DNA from: an uncultured virus (IMG/VR IMGVR_UViG_2199352004_000009)
Lineage: Duplodnaviria; Heunggongvirae; Uroviricota; Caudoviricetes
Direction: 5' to 3' (one strand)
Length of the DNA: 63,313 nt
Virus record (IMG/VR): IMGVR_UViG_2199352004_000009
The position numbers and the translations under genes were made by a program. The notes beneath the pieces are model-generated. The model saw only the letters and a program-made list of their open reading frames with translations. It made no database searches and was not told the origin of the DNA. Below are positions 10,178 to 20,237 of this stretch, piece by piece. The first letter of the stretch is position 1. The number at the start of each line of letters is the position of its first letter.

Positions 10178-10711
10178 ATGGCAAATACACTTTCATGTCC
10201 CATCCCAGCAAACATCAATCCATTGTCTCCAAATGGGTTCATGTTCACCATCCAGAAATTACCTTCTATAACATTCTTTTGTCAAGAAGCTAATCTACCT
10301 GGCATCACACTTGGTGCCCCAGAATTCGCAAACCCATTTAACTTACAACCTATTCCTGGTGAAACACTAGTATATGATACGTTGAATGTTAAGTTTATGG
10401 TAGACGAAGCAATGGAAAACTATCAGTCGATCTATAACTGGATCGTTGCTCTTGGATTTCCACAAACATACGACCAGTATATTACATACTTTAATGACGA
10501 CCAAAGAGTTGTTGTTAGTGAATTGGCAGCAAACTATTCTGACGCAACGCTATCTATTCTAGGATCTAGCAATAATGTAATCAAGACAATTAGGTTTATA
10601 GATATGTTTCCAGTCACTATTGACTCATTGGTGTTTCAATCAGACAACAACGATGTGCAGTATCTTATCGGTAATGCTACTTTTAGATACGGGTACTATA
10701 AATTCGAATAA
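10178..10711 (+). CDS. gp3: Tail tube terminator / tail completion protein
   Basis: NPLSPNGF, FFCQEANLPGI, FMVDEAMENY, SDATL; position after gp23. Confidence 0.85.
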   Translation: MANTLSCPIPANINPLSPNGFMFTIQKLPSITFFCQEANLPGITLGAPEFANPFNLQPIPGETLVYDTLNVKFMVDEAMENYQSIYNWIVALGFPQTYDQYITYFNDDQRVVVSELAANYSDATLSILGSSNNVIKTIRFIDMFPVTIDSLVFQSDNNDVQYLIGNATFRYGYYKFE

Positions 10712-10739
10712 ATAGATTATTATTCCCTGTGAGGTTATT

Positions 10740-11177
10740 ATGAATATTGAAGAGCTACAAGATATGTGGGATGTCGATTCTGCAATAGACGACAATTACC
10801 TTGGAGAAGCATCAACAACTACTCCAAAGTTACACGCAAAATATATAAAGATATTGATCAACAAAAAACTCATGCAGATAAAAATGCAATCTGAGTACAA
10901 CATCCTACGTAAGAACAAGTTTCGTTACTACCGTGGGGAACTCTCACGTACTGAATTAGAATCTCTTGAGTGGGATCAATGGCAAGGTATCAAGCCACTT
11001 AAAAATGAGATGGATGAATTTCTTACTGGTGATGATGAGTTAAACAAACTACAACTACGTGTTGAGTATTTAAACACGATGGTTTATATGCTTGAATCTA
11101 TAATGCAACAAATCAAGTCACGTGAGTGGCAGATTAAAAATGGCATCGAATGGAAGAAGTTCTTGGCTGGAAATTAA
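10740..11177 (+). CDS. uvsY: Recombination mediator protein
   Basis: LHAKYI...YYRGE...WQIKNGIEWKKF; AATAAATA box at 10707-10714. Confidence 0.9.
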   Translation: MNIEELQDMWDVDSAIDDNYLGEASTTTPKLHAKYIKILINKKLMQIKMQSEYNILRKNKFRYYRGELSRTELESLEWDQWQGIKPLKNEMDEFLTGDDELNKLQLRVEYLNTMVYMLESIMQQIKSREWQIKNGIEWKKFLAGN

Positions 11178-11180
11178 TAG

Positions 11181-12662
11181 ATGAATATAACAATAGAAAA
11201 ATTGGATGAAGTATATGTTCGAGTTTTCTCTGACCCATCGATTGAACAAGAGATATGCGACTTCTTTACGTATGAATATCCAGGCGCAAAATTTACTCCA
11301 AAATTTAAAGCAAGACTATGGGATGGTAAAGTTCGTCTGTATGATCAACTAAGAAAAACTTTATATCTTGGTCTAGCTCCATACGTAGAAGAATTTGCCA
11401 AGCGCAATGGATATAATGTAACATACACCACAAACTTAAATATAAGCGCAGGTATAACGCATGAGATAGTTCAAGAGTTTGCAGAGTGGTTAAAACCAAT
11501 GGGTCGTGGTAACCCTATTGAGATTCGTGATTACCAAGTTGAAGCAGTTAAGACTGCATTAGATAAAGAACGTACATTGCTGTTGTCACCAACAGCTTCA
11601 GGTAAGTCGTTCATAATCTATACAACGTTAAGGTGGCATCTTCAACACAATAGAAAATGTATCATTATAGTTCCAACAACATCTCTTGTTGAGCAACTGT
11701 ATGCTGATTTTGAAGATTACTCTAGTGCCAATGGATGGAAGACTAGCTCTTACTGTCAAAAACTCTACTCTGGTTTCACTAAAGACTTTACCAAAGATGT
11801 ATTGATTACTACATGGCAGTCAATATACCTGCAGCCAAAATCTTGGTTTAAAAACTTCGATGTAATCTTTGGAGATGAAGCACATCAGTTTAAAGCAAAG
11901 TCTCTTACTACTGTCATGGAAAAATTAGACACAGTAAGATACAGAGTTGGAACCACTGGAACGTTGGACAATAAAAAGATACACCGTCTTGTTCTTGAAG
12001 GTATATTTGGTCCAGTGCATCGTGTCACTACTACAAAGCAACTTATGGACAGTGATCGTTTAGCAAAGCTAAAGATTATGTGCGTGGTATTAAAGTATGA
12101 TGAGGTGACTCGTAAAGCTAATAAGAACATGCAGTACCAAGAAGAAATGGACTTCATCGTACAGCATCCGCACCGCAATAGATTCATTCGTAACCTAGCT
12201 ATAAATAGTAGTGGAAACACCTTAGTGCTTTTCCAGTATGTAGAGAAGCATGGAAAAGTTTTACATGAGATGATCAAAGACAAAGCTCACGCTAAACGTA
12301 AAATCTTTTTCGTGTATGGTGGAACTGAGACAGCTGATCGTGAATCAATTAGACATATCACCGAAGGCGAAAGTGATGCAATCATCATAGCATCTTACGG
12401 AACTTTTTCTACAGGTATTAACATACCTTCTATTGAGAACGTAATATTTGCATCACCAAGCAAGAGTAAAATTAGAAACCTACAAAGTATTGGTCGTGGC
12501 TTGAGACTTAACAATGGAAAGACGCATTGTAACTTATATGATCTTGCCGATGATCTACATTGGAAGTCATGGAAGAATCATACATTAAATCATGCAGCTG
12601 AAAGATACAAAGTCTATGCCGAAGAACAATTTGAAATAAAAGTGGTAGAGGTAGACCTATGA
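11181..12662 (+). CDS. uvsW: SF2 DNA/RNA-DNA helicase
   Basis: WDGKVRL, SPTASGKS, GDEAH, LQSIGRGLR. Confidence 0.95.
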   Translation: MNITIEKLDEVYVRVFSDPSIEQEICDFFTYEYPGAKFTPKFKARLWDGKVRLYDQLRKTLYLGLAPYVEEFAKRNGYNVTYTTNLNISAGITHEIVQEFAEWLKPMGRGNPIEIRDYQVEAVKTALDKERTLLLSPTASGKSFIIYTTLRWHLQHNRKCIIIVPTTSLVEQLYADFEDYSSANGWKTSSYCQKLYSGFTKDFTKDVLITTWQSIYLQPKSWFKNFDVIFGDEAHQFKAKSLTTVMEKLDTVRYRVGTTGTLDNKKIHRLVLEGIFGPVHRVTTTKQLMDSDRLAKLKIMCVVLKYDEVTRKANKNMQYQEEMDFIVQHPHRNRFIRNLAINSSGNTLVLFQYVEKHGKVLHEMIKDKAHAKRKIFFVYGGTETADRESIRHITEGESDAIIIASYGTFSTGINIPSIENVIFASPSKSKIRNLQSIGRGLRLNNGKTHCNLYDLADDLHWKSWKNHTLNHAAERYKVYAEEQFEIKVVEVDL

Positions 12663-13120
12663 ACGAAGAAACTAAATACGTAGTAGTAAAGCTAGTGTCA
12701 GGAGAAAACGTTATGTCTATCCTAGACTATGAGAATTCGGATCTTCTTGAGTTGAAGTATCCGATGTTGATTCGTTCTATACAAACGTTTGATGGTGGAG
12801 TCGGTAAAGAGCATATGATTGCTACACCATTCTGCCCATTTGCAGCAGATGACTACTTTACGATAGAAAGAAAAGATGTTATGTTTGTAAAAGAGTTACA
12901 CCAAGCATTAGTGCCTAACTACTTAAATCTGCTAAAGAATCACGAACAAGTGCTTGTTAAAAGAAATCATGATGGCTCTGTATCAAAGCTAGATAAACCA
13001 GCAACAACAGTAGATGAATTCAAAGAAAAGGTAGACAAACTTGCAATGATTTTGGGAATCGATACGCAGGAACCAGAGAGAGATACATTCTTCGTTGAAG
13101 GATCAGATAGTATTAACTAA
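12659..13120 (+). CDS. Hypothetical protein (Sm-like N-terminus)
   Basis: VVKLVSGENV start; ATGA overlap; usual uvsW-gp55 position. Confidence 0.7.
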   Translation: MNEETKYVVVKLVSGENVMSILDYENSDLLELKYPMLIRSIQTFDGGVGKEHMIATPFCPFAADDYFTIERKDVMFVKELHQALVPNYLNLLKNHEQVLVKRNHDGSVSKLDKPATTVDEFKEKVDKLAMILGIDTQEPERDTFFVEGSDSIN

Positions 13121-13146
13121 TGTAATCATCATAAGGGAACATAGCT

Positions 13147-13175
13147 ATTTTACTGCTGTGTCAAATAAAAGTCAA
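13147..13175 (-). promoter_or_regulatory. Minus-strand sigma70-type promoter, antisense to the uvsW operon
   Basis: Reverse complement reads TTGACT-17 nt-TAAAAT. Confidence 0.55.
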
Positions 13176-13210
13176 GTAAATTTTCTTTGCAAAATGCATT
13201 TAAGATAAAC

Positions 13211-13239
13211 TTGACTTTTTTTCATATAACGTGTATACT
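13211..13239 (+). promoter_or_regulatory. Sigma70-type promoter for gp55-gp47-gp46
   Basis: TTGACT-17 nt-TATACT. Confidence 0.75.
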
Positions 13240-13271
13240 TACACCATGACACAAGAAAAACAAAGGACTCC

Positions 13272-13814
13272 ATGGCACAATACGTTAACAACGCTGATTT
13301 TTTACAAGCCCTAAAGGATTATAAACTCCAAGTTAAAGATGCCGAAGAACAGGGAAAAGAAAAGCCTATTCTTAGCAACTACATTGGAGAGTGTATTCTT
13401 AAAATCGCAACGCACTTATCTTACAAACCAAACTTCATCAACTACACGTATCGTGACGATATGATTCTTGATGGTATTGAAAATTGTATTGAGTACATTG
13501 ATAACTTTGATCCCGACAAGGGTAGCAATCCATTTGCATACTTTACTCAAATTATTTACTATGCTTTTTTGCGAAGAATTCAAAAAGAAAAGAAACACTC
13601 TTACATCAAACATAAGTTGATTCAAGAGATGCCATTTGATATGTTTGATACCCAAGACCAAGACGATGACATGCACATGAAGAACTTGTATAATGATTAC
13701 ATGCAACCAACTCAAAACTTTGAAATGTTTGAATCAAAGAAGAAAGTAAAGAAAGTTGCAGCTGCTCCACTTGATAATTTTATAGGTGAACCCGATGGCG
13801 AACTCAATAGATAA
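13272..13814 (+). CDS. gp55: Late transcription sigma factor
   Basis: YVNNADF, YIGECILKIATHLSYKPNFINYTY, NPFAYFTQIIYYAFLRRIQKEKK. Confidence 0.96.
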   Translation: MAQYVNNADFLQALKDYKLQVKDAEEQGKEKPILSNYIGECILKIATHLSYKPNFINYTYRDDMILDGIENCIEYIDNFDPDKGSNPFAYFTQIIYYAFLRRIQKEKKHSYIKHKLIQEMPFDMFDTQDQDDDMHMKNLYNDYMQPTQNFEMFESKKKVKKVAAAPLDNFIGEPDGELNR

Positions 13815-14991
13815 ATTGCTTGCAGATTTACGTTCAGGCACTAGACCAGCGATTTCTCGAAGAGGTATTAGTACAGCAGCTGGACGCAAGGTGCGCAACA
13901 TAGCAAAAGGATCAACTAGACTTCTCAAGAGATTTACTTGGGACTCTACAGACAACATGTTTAATTTGAAAGATATTATGGAAGATAAAAAGATATTTCT
14001 CGGTGTTTCTGATTTCGATGACTTGATCACATCTCAGATCTTAGATCAAAGAGTTGCTCTCGGCAAACAAACTATTCATCGTGAAACTACAGTTTTGTGT
14101 AACAGACAAAAGTGGGCATCTTGGGCAGAAGATCAATTTATAACTTGCTTGTTTGTACAAAGCAGTTCCTCTAATGGGTTTGTTATATTCAAAGAAGAAT
14201 TAAACTACATTACATACAGTGTTAACTCTAACTCTACCACCGTTAGAGCTTTTGGTGATACTGAATTTGCAGAATCTATCATTGATCTAGTTGAGAATCA
14301 TTTCGATGTCGTTACTTCTTACATCGAATGGATCTATTCTTCTGATGGTAATTCTGTTAACGTTCCACTAAATCGTGATAGAATGCCTTGCGAAGAGATG
14401 TATCCATTCTTGAATGGTGAGACTCTTGGATCTTACTACGAGCGTTATATGGAATCTTCAGCAAATATTTTATTGCTGATCGGTCCACCTGGAACTGGCA
14501 AGACAACATTCATTCGGGGACTGTTGGCTCATACAAATTCTAGCGCCATGGTAACCTATGACGCCACTATCCTTGAAAAGGATTATCTCTTTGCACGGTT
14601 TATTGAAGACGACGCCAGCGTTATGGTTTTGGAAGACAGCGATGCTTTCTTGAAGCCAAGAACAGATGGTAATACTATGATGCACCGTTTCCTTAACGTT
14701 GGTGATGGTCTCGTGACTACAAAGGGTAAGAAGATGATCTTCTCTACTAATCTCCCAAGCATCCGTGATATTGACTCTGCTCTTGTTCGTCCAGGTCGTT
14801 GCTTTGATATCTTATCATTTGATAATCTAAAGGTTGAACAAGCACAAGCCCTGGCAGATAAACTCGAAGTTAAACTTCCAGTTCGTCCACGTGGTAAAGA
14901 AGCTGAACGTTACACTATTGCAGAAGTGTTCAATGAACAAACCCGCAACATGGAAAAATCTATTACCAATAGAAAGATGGGGTTTATTTGA
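13795..14991 (+). CDS. AAA+ ATPase (start uncertain: 13786, 13795 or 13978)
   Basis: Walker A GPPGTGKT, Walker B MVLEDSD, STN sensor, DSALVRPGRCFD, C-term MGF. Confidence 0.85.
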   Translation: MANSIDKLLADLRSGTRPAISRRGISTAAGRKVRNIAKGSTRLLKRFTWDSTDNMFNLKDIMEDKKIFLGVSDFDDLITSQILDQRVALGKQTIHRETTVLCNRQKWASWAEDQFITCLFVQSSSSNGFVIFKEELNYITYSVNSNSTTVRAFGDTEFAESIIDLVENHFDVVTSYIEWIYSSDGNSVNVPLNRDRMPCEEMYPFLNGETLGSYYERYMESSANILLLIGPPGTGKTTFIRGLLAHTNSSAMVTYDATILEKDYLFARFIEDDASVMVLEDSDAFLKPRTDGNTMMHRFLNVGDGLVTTKGKKMIFSTNLPSIRDIDSALVRPGRCFDILSFDNLKVEQAQALADKLEVKLPVRPRGKEAERYTIAEVFNEQTRNMEKSITNRKMGFI

Positions 14992-14993
14992 AT

Positions 14994-16049
14994 ATGAAAG
15001 TAGCAATCATAACTGATCAGCATTTTGGTGCAAGGAATGATAGCGTTGCTTTCCTAGACTTCTTTCAAAAGTTTTATGATAATATCTTTTTCCCTACATT
15101 AGATAGGGAAGGTATTACCACTGTATTGATTCTTGGTGATACGTTTGATCGACGCAAGTATATTAACTTTTATTCTTTGCATCGTGCACGTGAGATGTTT
15201 TTCGATAAGTTGATGGAGCGAGGAATTCGTGTTCATATGCTTGCTGGAAACCACGACACTTACTATAAAAATACTAATGAAGTTAACTCTCCAGAGTTGA
15301 TCTTAGCTGAGTATTCTAACATCGATGTTATTAGTTCTCCTGAAACAATTTATGTAGATGGTGTTCCTATCTGTATGGTTCCATGGATTTGTCCAGATAA
15401 TTATCAACAAAGTTTAGATACATTAAACAACACTAACGCTGAACTATGCATGGGGCATCTTGAGATCGCAGGGTTCTCAATGTATAGAGGAATGGAAAGC
15501 CATGAAGGATTTTCTAAAGACATTTTCAAGAAGTTTGATCTTGTCTTTTCTGGTCATTATCACCACCGTAGTAACGATAGTCATATTTACTATCTCGGAA
15601 ATCCCTATGAACTTACATGGCAGGACTATAACGATCCCAGAGGGTTTCATCTGTTCGACTTACAAACAAGACAGCTTGAATTCGTTCACAATAGTTATAC
15701 GATGTTCGCCAGACTCGAGTACGACGATAAAGAGCAAGACCCCATCGACCTCGACGCTTACGATTTAAACGATTGTTATGTGAGATTAGTTGTAACTAAT
15801 AAGACTGACTATTATAAATTTGATAAGTTTGTTCAGAAGTTGTATACTAAAGGTTGTCATGAAATAAAAATCATTGAAGACTTATCAGAATTTGGTGACG
15901 GTGAACTTGGTGAGGAAATAAATTTAGAAGATACAGTATCTGTTCTTTCTAATTATATTGATTCTCTTAACACTGACGTTGACAAAGAACAAATTAAAAA
16001 TTTCTTGAAGAGTCTTCATACAGAAGCTATTAATACGGAGGTCGTTTGA
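14994..16049 (+). CDS. gp47: Recombination endonuclease subunit (Mre11/SbcD-like)
   Basis: DQHFG, GDTFDRRK, GNHD, SGHYH phosphoesterase motifs. Confidence 0.95.
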   Translation: MKVAIITDQHFGARNDSVAFLDFFQKFYDNIFFPTLDREGITTVLILGDTFDRRKYINFYSLHRAREMFFDKLMERGIRVHMLAGNHDTYYKNTNEVNSPELILAEYSNIDVISSPETIYVDGVPICMVPWICPDNYQQSLDTLNNTNAELCMGHLEIAGFSMYRGMESHEGFSKDIFKKFDLVFSGHYHHRSNDSHIYYLGNPYELTWQDYNDPRGFHLFDLQTRQLEFVHNSYTMFARLEYDDKEQDPIDLDAYDLNDCYVRLVVTNKTDYYKFDKFVQKLYTKGCHEIKIIEDLSEFGDGELGEEINLEDTVSVLSNYIDSLNTDVDKEQIKNFLKSLHTEAINTEVV

Positions 16050-17761
16050 TTATATTCAAGTCTATAACTTGGCAAAACTTTTTATCTACAGGCAACTCGC
16101 CCAATACTGTTTTATTGGATAGGTCTACTACGACTCTTATCATCGGTAAGAATGGTGAAGGTAAGTCTACTATTCTTGATGCTCTCTGCTTTGCCTTATT
16201 CGGCAAGCCTTTCCGCAATATCAATAAAGGTCAATTGATCAATTCAATCAATGGCAAGGGATGTCTAGTCACTATTGAATTTTCTATTTCTGGTAAAGAG
16301 TATCGAGTAGTTCGAGGTATCAAGCCTAATGTGTTTCAGATTTATGTCAATGACGAATTAATGAATCAAGATGCAGCAGCACGTGATTACCAGAAGGTTC
16401 TTGAGCAGCAAATTATTCGTCTAAACTATAAGACATTTACACAAGTTGTTATTCTTGGTAGCGCATCGTTTGTTCCATTCATGCAACTAACTTCATACCA
16501 ACGTCGTGAAGTTATTGAAGATATATTGGATATTCGTATTTTCTCTACCATGAATCAGTTGTTGAAAGAAAAAGCTAATGAGACAAAGGCGAGTATTACA
16601 CGCATCGAAAATGAAGTTTCTGTGGCGAAACTGGCGGTGGAAGGACAGACAACTCTCATTAACACTCTTAAAACTGCCAAGTCAGAAGCTATTGAATCGT
16701 TACTATCTAAAGTCGAAAATAATAACTCAGAAATACAGCGAAGCGAAAGTTCGGTGGCTACAACACTTGCTAAGATTACCACACTACAATCACGAGTTGC
16801 GAAGAAGGGTAAAGTCGATAACGACATTGAAGAAGCGAAGGGGTGGAAAACTAAATTGCTTTCCAAAGTCGAGCAATGGAACCATGAGGCACAATTCTTC
16901 AATGAGAATAGTATTTGCCCATCCTGCACGCAGGGTATACCACATGAGCATAAGGAAAGTGTTTTACACGAATTGAATGCTAAAATTGAATCTGAGAATC
17001 AACGTTTAACTGAACTGGAAGATATCCACCATAAACTAAATGCTGATCTTTCTTTAATGAATACTATTCTTTCTGAGATTACTGATTTGAATATATCTGT
17101 TTCTACATATAATGCAAACATTACTATGTTGAATCGAATGAATAAAGAATTAGTTACGGAGATTGAAAGTCATAAAGCAGATACGCATAATGTCGATGAA
17201 GAGAAACGTAAGTTAAAAGAGTTGGCACAAAATGCTTTAGAAAAGATTAAGACTAAAACTCAATTATTAGAAACTAGAAACCTCGAGGATGTGGCTTCTT
17301 CTTTACTTAAAGATACTGGTATTAAGACTGCCATTATTCGTGAGTATCTTCCGATTATGAATAAGTTAATCAACAAGTATCTAAACGCCATGGATACTTA
17401 TATTCACTTTGAGTTAGACGAATCATTTAATGAATCTATTAAGTCTCGTCATCGTGATGATTTTACATATGCAAGTTTCTCTGAAGGTGAGAAAATGCGT
17501 ATTGATTTAGCTATTCTCTTTACATGGAGGCAAATAGCTAAGATGAAGAACTCTGTAAATACCAATCTATTATTGTTAGATGAGATTTTTGATTCTTCTT
17601 TAGATACTGCAGGAACTGATTACTTCTTAAATCTAATGGATCAATTCGGCGACAAAACTAATATCTTTGTTATTAGCCATAAAGGTGACCAGTTATTTGA
17701 TAAGTTTAGATCGGTTATTAAGTTTGAGAAACGTAATGATTTCTCTATAATCGTTAAGTAA
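16046..17761 (+). CDS. gp46: Recombination ATPase subunit (Rad50/SbcC-like)
   Basis: GKNGEGKS, CPSC hook, FSEGEKMRIDL, LLDEIFD, ISH. Confidence 0.96.
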   Translation: MIIFKSITWQNFLSTGNSPNTVLLDRSTTTLIIGKNGEGKSTILDALCFALFGKPFRNINKGQLINSINGKGCLVTIEFSISGKEYRVVRGIKPNVFQIYVNDELMNQDAAARDYQKVLEQQIIRLNYKTFTQVVILGSASFVPFMQLTSYQRREVIEDILDIRIFSTMNQLLKEKANETKASITRIENEVSVAKLAVEGQTTLINTLKTAKSEAIESLLSKVENNNSEIQRSESSVATTLAKITTLQSRVAKKGKVDNDIEEAKGWKTKLLSKVEQWNHEAQFFNENSICPSCTQGIPHEHKESVLHELNAKIESENQRLTELEDIHHKLNADLSLMNTILSEITDLNISVSTYNANITMLNRMNKELVTEIESHKADTHNVDEEKRKLKELAQNALEKIKTKTQLLETRNLEDVASSLLKDTGIKTAIIREYLPIMNKLINKYLNAMDTYIHFELDESFNESIKSRHRDDFTYASFSEGEKMRIDLAILFTWRQIAKMKNSVNTNLLLLDEIFDSSLDTAGTDYFLNLMDQFGDKTNIFVISHKGDQLFDKFRSVIKFEKRNDFSIIVK

Positions 17762-17785
17762 TTCTTAAGTAAACGATCTCTCCAG

Positions 17786-17815
17786 AATGCCCCTCAGAAA
17801 TGTAGGGGCATTTTT
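17786..17815 (+). terminator. Rho-independent terminator
   Basis: AATGCCCCT-loop-AGGGGCATT followed by T run. Confidence 0.75.
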
Positions 17816-17822
17816 CATGGTG

Positions 17823-17851
17823 TTTACTTTAATTCGCTGCAGATGTATAAT
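17823..17851 (+). promoter_or_regulatory. Early promoter
   Basis: (GTG)TTTACT-TTAATTCG...-TATAAT, 17-nt spacer; T4-early-like GTTTAC. Confidence 0.8.
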
Positions 17852-17875
17852 AGCTGTATTGATTAGGAGATTACT

Positions 17876-18061
17876 ATGTGGGATGATTTTAATGACTTCG
17901 AGCTTATCCAGCTGGCTGGAGAGTATGGCTTGCAGGACTACGCTGTAATCAGTGGACGACTGACTCTTGTGAATCGAGAAGAAGTTGAGTGCATACTCGA
18001 AGAGTACGAGTACAACGAAGCATTCCCTGTTGACTTTAATGAAGAGTTGGAGTATAATTGA
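17876..18061 (+). CDS. Small acidic hypothetical early protein
   Basis: AGGAG RBS just downstream of the early promoter. Confidence 0.7.
   Translation: MWDDFNDFELIQLAGEYGLQDYAVISGRLTLVNREEVECILEEYEYNEAFPVDFNEELEYN
18030..18058 (+). promoter_or_regulatory. Early promoter inside upstream ORF
   Basis: TTGACT-TTAAT...-TATAAT, 17-nt spacer; 6 nt before ATG 18065. Confidence 0.75.
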
Positions 18062-18064
18062 TCT

Positions 18065-20203
18065 ATGACTACTAAACTGAACTCCTCCGACATCGCTGCA
18101 CGTTTGCTTGCAGCTGAGAACATCACCGTTGTTCGTGCACGTGTTAGCACTGCATCGTTTGACATCAAGTCTCGTGTGCTGTCACTTCCCCAATGGAAAG
18201 ACATGACTCCAGCCATGGAGGGTATGCTTATTGGTCACGAAGTCGGTCACGCACTTTACACGACTGAAGACTACATCACCCCAATGGAGACTAACCGTAA
18301 CATTAAAGGTTATCTCAACGTGCTGGAAGACGTGCGTATTGAGAAGTTGATGAAGCGCAAGTTCCCTGGCATTCGTAAAACCATGCACGAAGGTTACAAA
18401 GAACTCAATGAACGAGACTTCTTTGGTGTATCTAAAATTTCAGATATGTCTACTCTGAACCTTATCGATCGAATCAACCTTTACTTCAAAGCTGGATACG
18501 ATTGTGGTGTATCGTTCAATAGCGATGAATGCGACTTTGTTAATCGTGCTGAGAAAACAGAAACTATTCCTGAAGTTCATCAATTGGCTGAAGAAATTTA
18601 TCAATATTCTAAGGCAGCAGCTGCTGTGCGTAAACTGATAATTCAGAATACTGTTGAGGATGAAGACGAAGAAGATAACGAAGAAGATGACTATGATTCT
18701 GAGTACGAGGATGACGAGTCTGAAATTGTTTTTGTAGACGACGATGAAACTGAAACTGAACAAAGCGATGAACCAAAACGTGCACGTAAAGCAGTACAGG
18801 TTCGTGAGAACGTCACTGAAGAACAGATTGAAAAAGAATTAGAATCTGTAACTGAGAAAACCTTCTCTAAGAATCTTGAAGTTTATGCTGATGAAAACAC
18901 TGAGTATAACTACTATACTCTGGATGAGAATTATCAATTTAATCCTATCATTGCGTATAAACAAGTTATTGCTGATACTGCTCCAATCGATGAAGATATT
19001 TCTGAGTATGAGAAAAAGAATATTCAATCCTACAAAGATGATTCTTCTAAGGTAGTTGGGTATTTGATTAAAGAATTTGAGATGCGCAAGTCCGCTACCA
19101 GCTACAAACGTGCCCAAATATCTCGTATCGGTTCGTTGGATATGAAGAAAGTTTGGGCATACAAACTCAAAGATGACTTGTTCAAACGTATGACTACTAC
19201 TCAGCAAGGTAAAAATCATGGTATGATTTTCTTGCTGGACTGGTCTGGTTCAATGGATTATGTTTTGGATGATACCATTAAACAGGTTATTAACTTGGCT
19301 ATGTTTTGCCAGCGTGCTCAGATTCCTTATCAGGTATTTGCTTTCACTACGCAATATGATCCACTGTTAACTGGTGAACAAGGTAAAATGAATGATATTC
19401 GTAATGCTTTTTATTCTCCCAATACTGATAAGAAGTTAAGTAATGCTGTACATACATTTGCTTTGATGGAGTTCTTCTCTAACAAAATGTCTAATGTAGA
19501 ATTCAATACTATGATTCGTCGTTTAAATAGTTTCCATAAATTGCGTTATTGCAAAAATGGGGAATATTCTACAGGTGGTACACCACTGAATGAAGCACTG
19601 GCATATATGGTTCCATATATCAATACGTTTATCCAAAAGAATAATGTAGAGAAAATGTCTCTTATTACTCTTACAGATGGCGAAGGTGGTTCATTAGTAA
19701 CCTCTGATGGTAGTAATCTTGATGCATATCGTTATAGTTATACTTCTTCAAAGAAGATTAACTGCAAAAACTTTTTGCAAGACCCTGTAACTAAAAAGAA
19801 TTATCCTATTAGTCGTGACGGATCTGTGCAAACTCATGCGATTCTTAAAATGATTAAAGATCGTTACAACATTAATACTATTGGGTTTTATGTTTGTAAT
19901 AATTCTCGTCGAGTTTTGTCTCAAGCAATTAAAAGTAATATTCCTGATTTTAAGGGTAACTTTGATACTATGATAGAGATTATGCGTACCGAAATTCGTA
20001 CTAATGGCTTTGCTTCTTTAAAGAATACTGGTCGTGATGACTTGTTTATTGTTCCAACTAATAAGCTGGAAACTAATACTGATGAACTTAGTGTTAATGG
20101 CGATCAAACTGCTAAAGCAATTGCACGTAGTTTGACTAAACATCTTAACAATAAAATGACTTCTCGAGTGCTCTTGAATAAATTTATTGGATACGTAGCC
20201 TAA
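18065..20203 (+). CDS. HEXXH metallopeptidase-like plus VWA domain protein (CobT-like)
   Basis: HEVGH...LNVLEDVRIE, acidic linker, MIDAS FLLDWSGSM, GGTPL, LTDGEG. Confidence 0.85.
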   Translation: MTTKLNSSDIAARLLAAENITVVRARVSTASFDIKSRVLSLPQWKDMTPAMEGMLIGHEVGHALYTTEDYITPMETNRNIKGYLNVLEDVRIEKLMKRKFPGIRKTMHEGYKELNERDFFGVSKISDMSTLNLIDRINLYFKAGYDCGVSFNSDECDFVNRAEKTETIPEVHQLAEEIYQYSKAAAAVRKLIIQNTVEDEDEEDNEEDDYDSEYEDDESEIVFVDDDETETEQSDEPKRARKAVQVRENVTEEQIEKELESVTEKTFSKNLEVYADENTEYNYYTLDENYQFNPIIAYKQVIADTAPIDEDISEYEKKNIQSYKDDSSKVVGYLIKEFEMRKSATSYKRAQISRIGSLDMKKVWAYKLKDDLFKRMTTTQQGKNHGMIFLLDWSGSMDYVLDDTIKQVINLAMFCQRAQIPYQVFAFTTQYDPLLTGEQGKMNDIRNAFYSPNTDKKLSNAVHTFALMEFFSNKMSNVEFNTMIRRLNSFHKLRYCKNGEYSTGGTPLNEALAYMVPYINTFIQKNNVEKMSLITLTDGEGGSLVTSDGSNLDAYRYSYTSSKKINCKNFLQDPVTKKNYPISRDGSVQTHAILKMIKDRYNINTIGFYVCNNSRRVLSQAIKSNIPDFKGNFDTMIEIMRTEIRTNGFASLKNTGRDDLFIVPTNKLETNTDELSVNGDQTAKAIARSLTKHLNNKMTSRVLLNKFIGYVA

Positions 20204-20237
20204 AACGAAAGTAAACGAATAACCCTACTGGTAGTAG

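Noticed and set aside
17745..17774. Minus-strand promoters from the inverted AGTAAA boxes at 17768 and 20210
   Set aside because: No acceptable -10 hexamer at 17-nt spacing, unlike the case at 13147-13175
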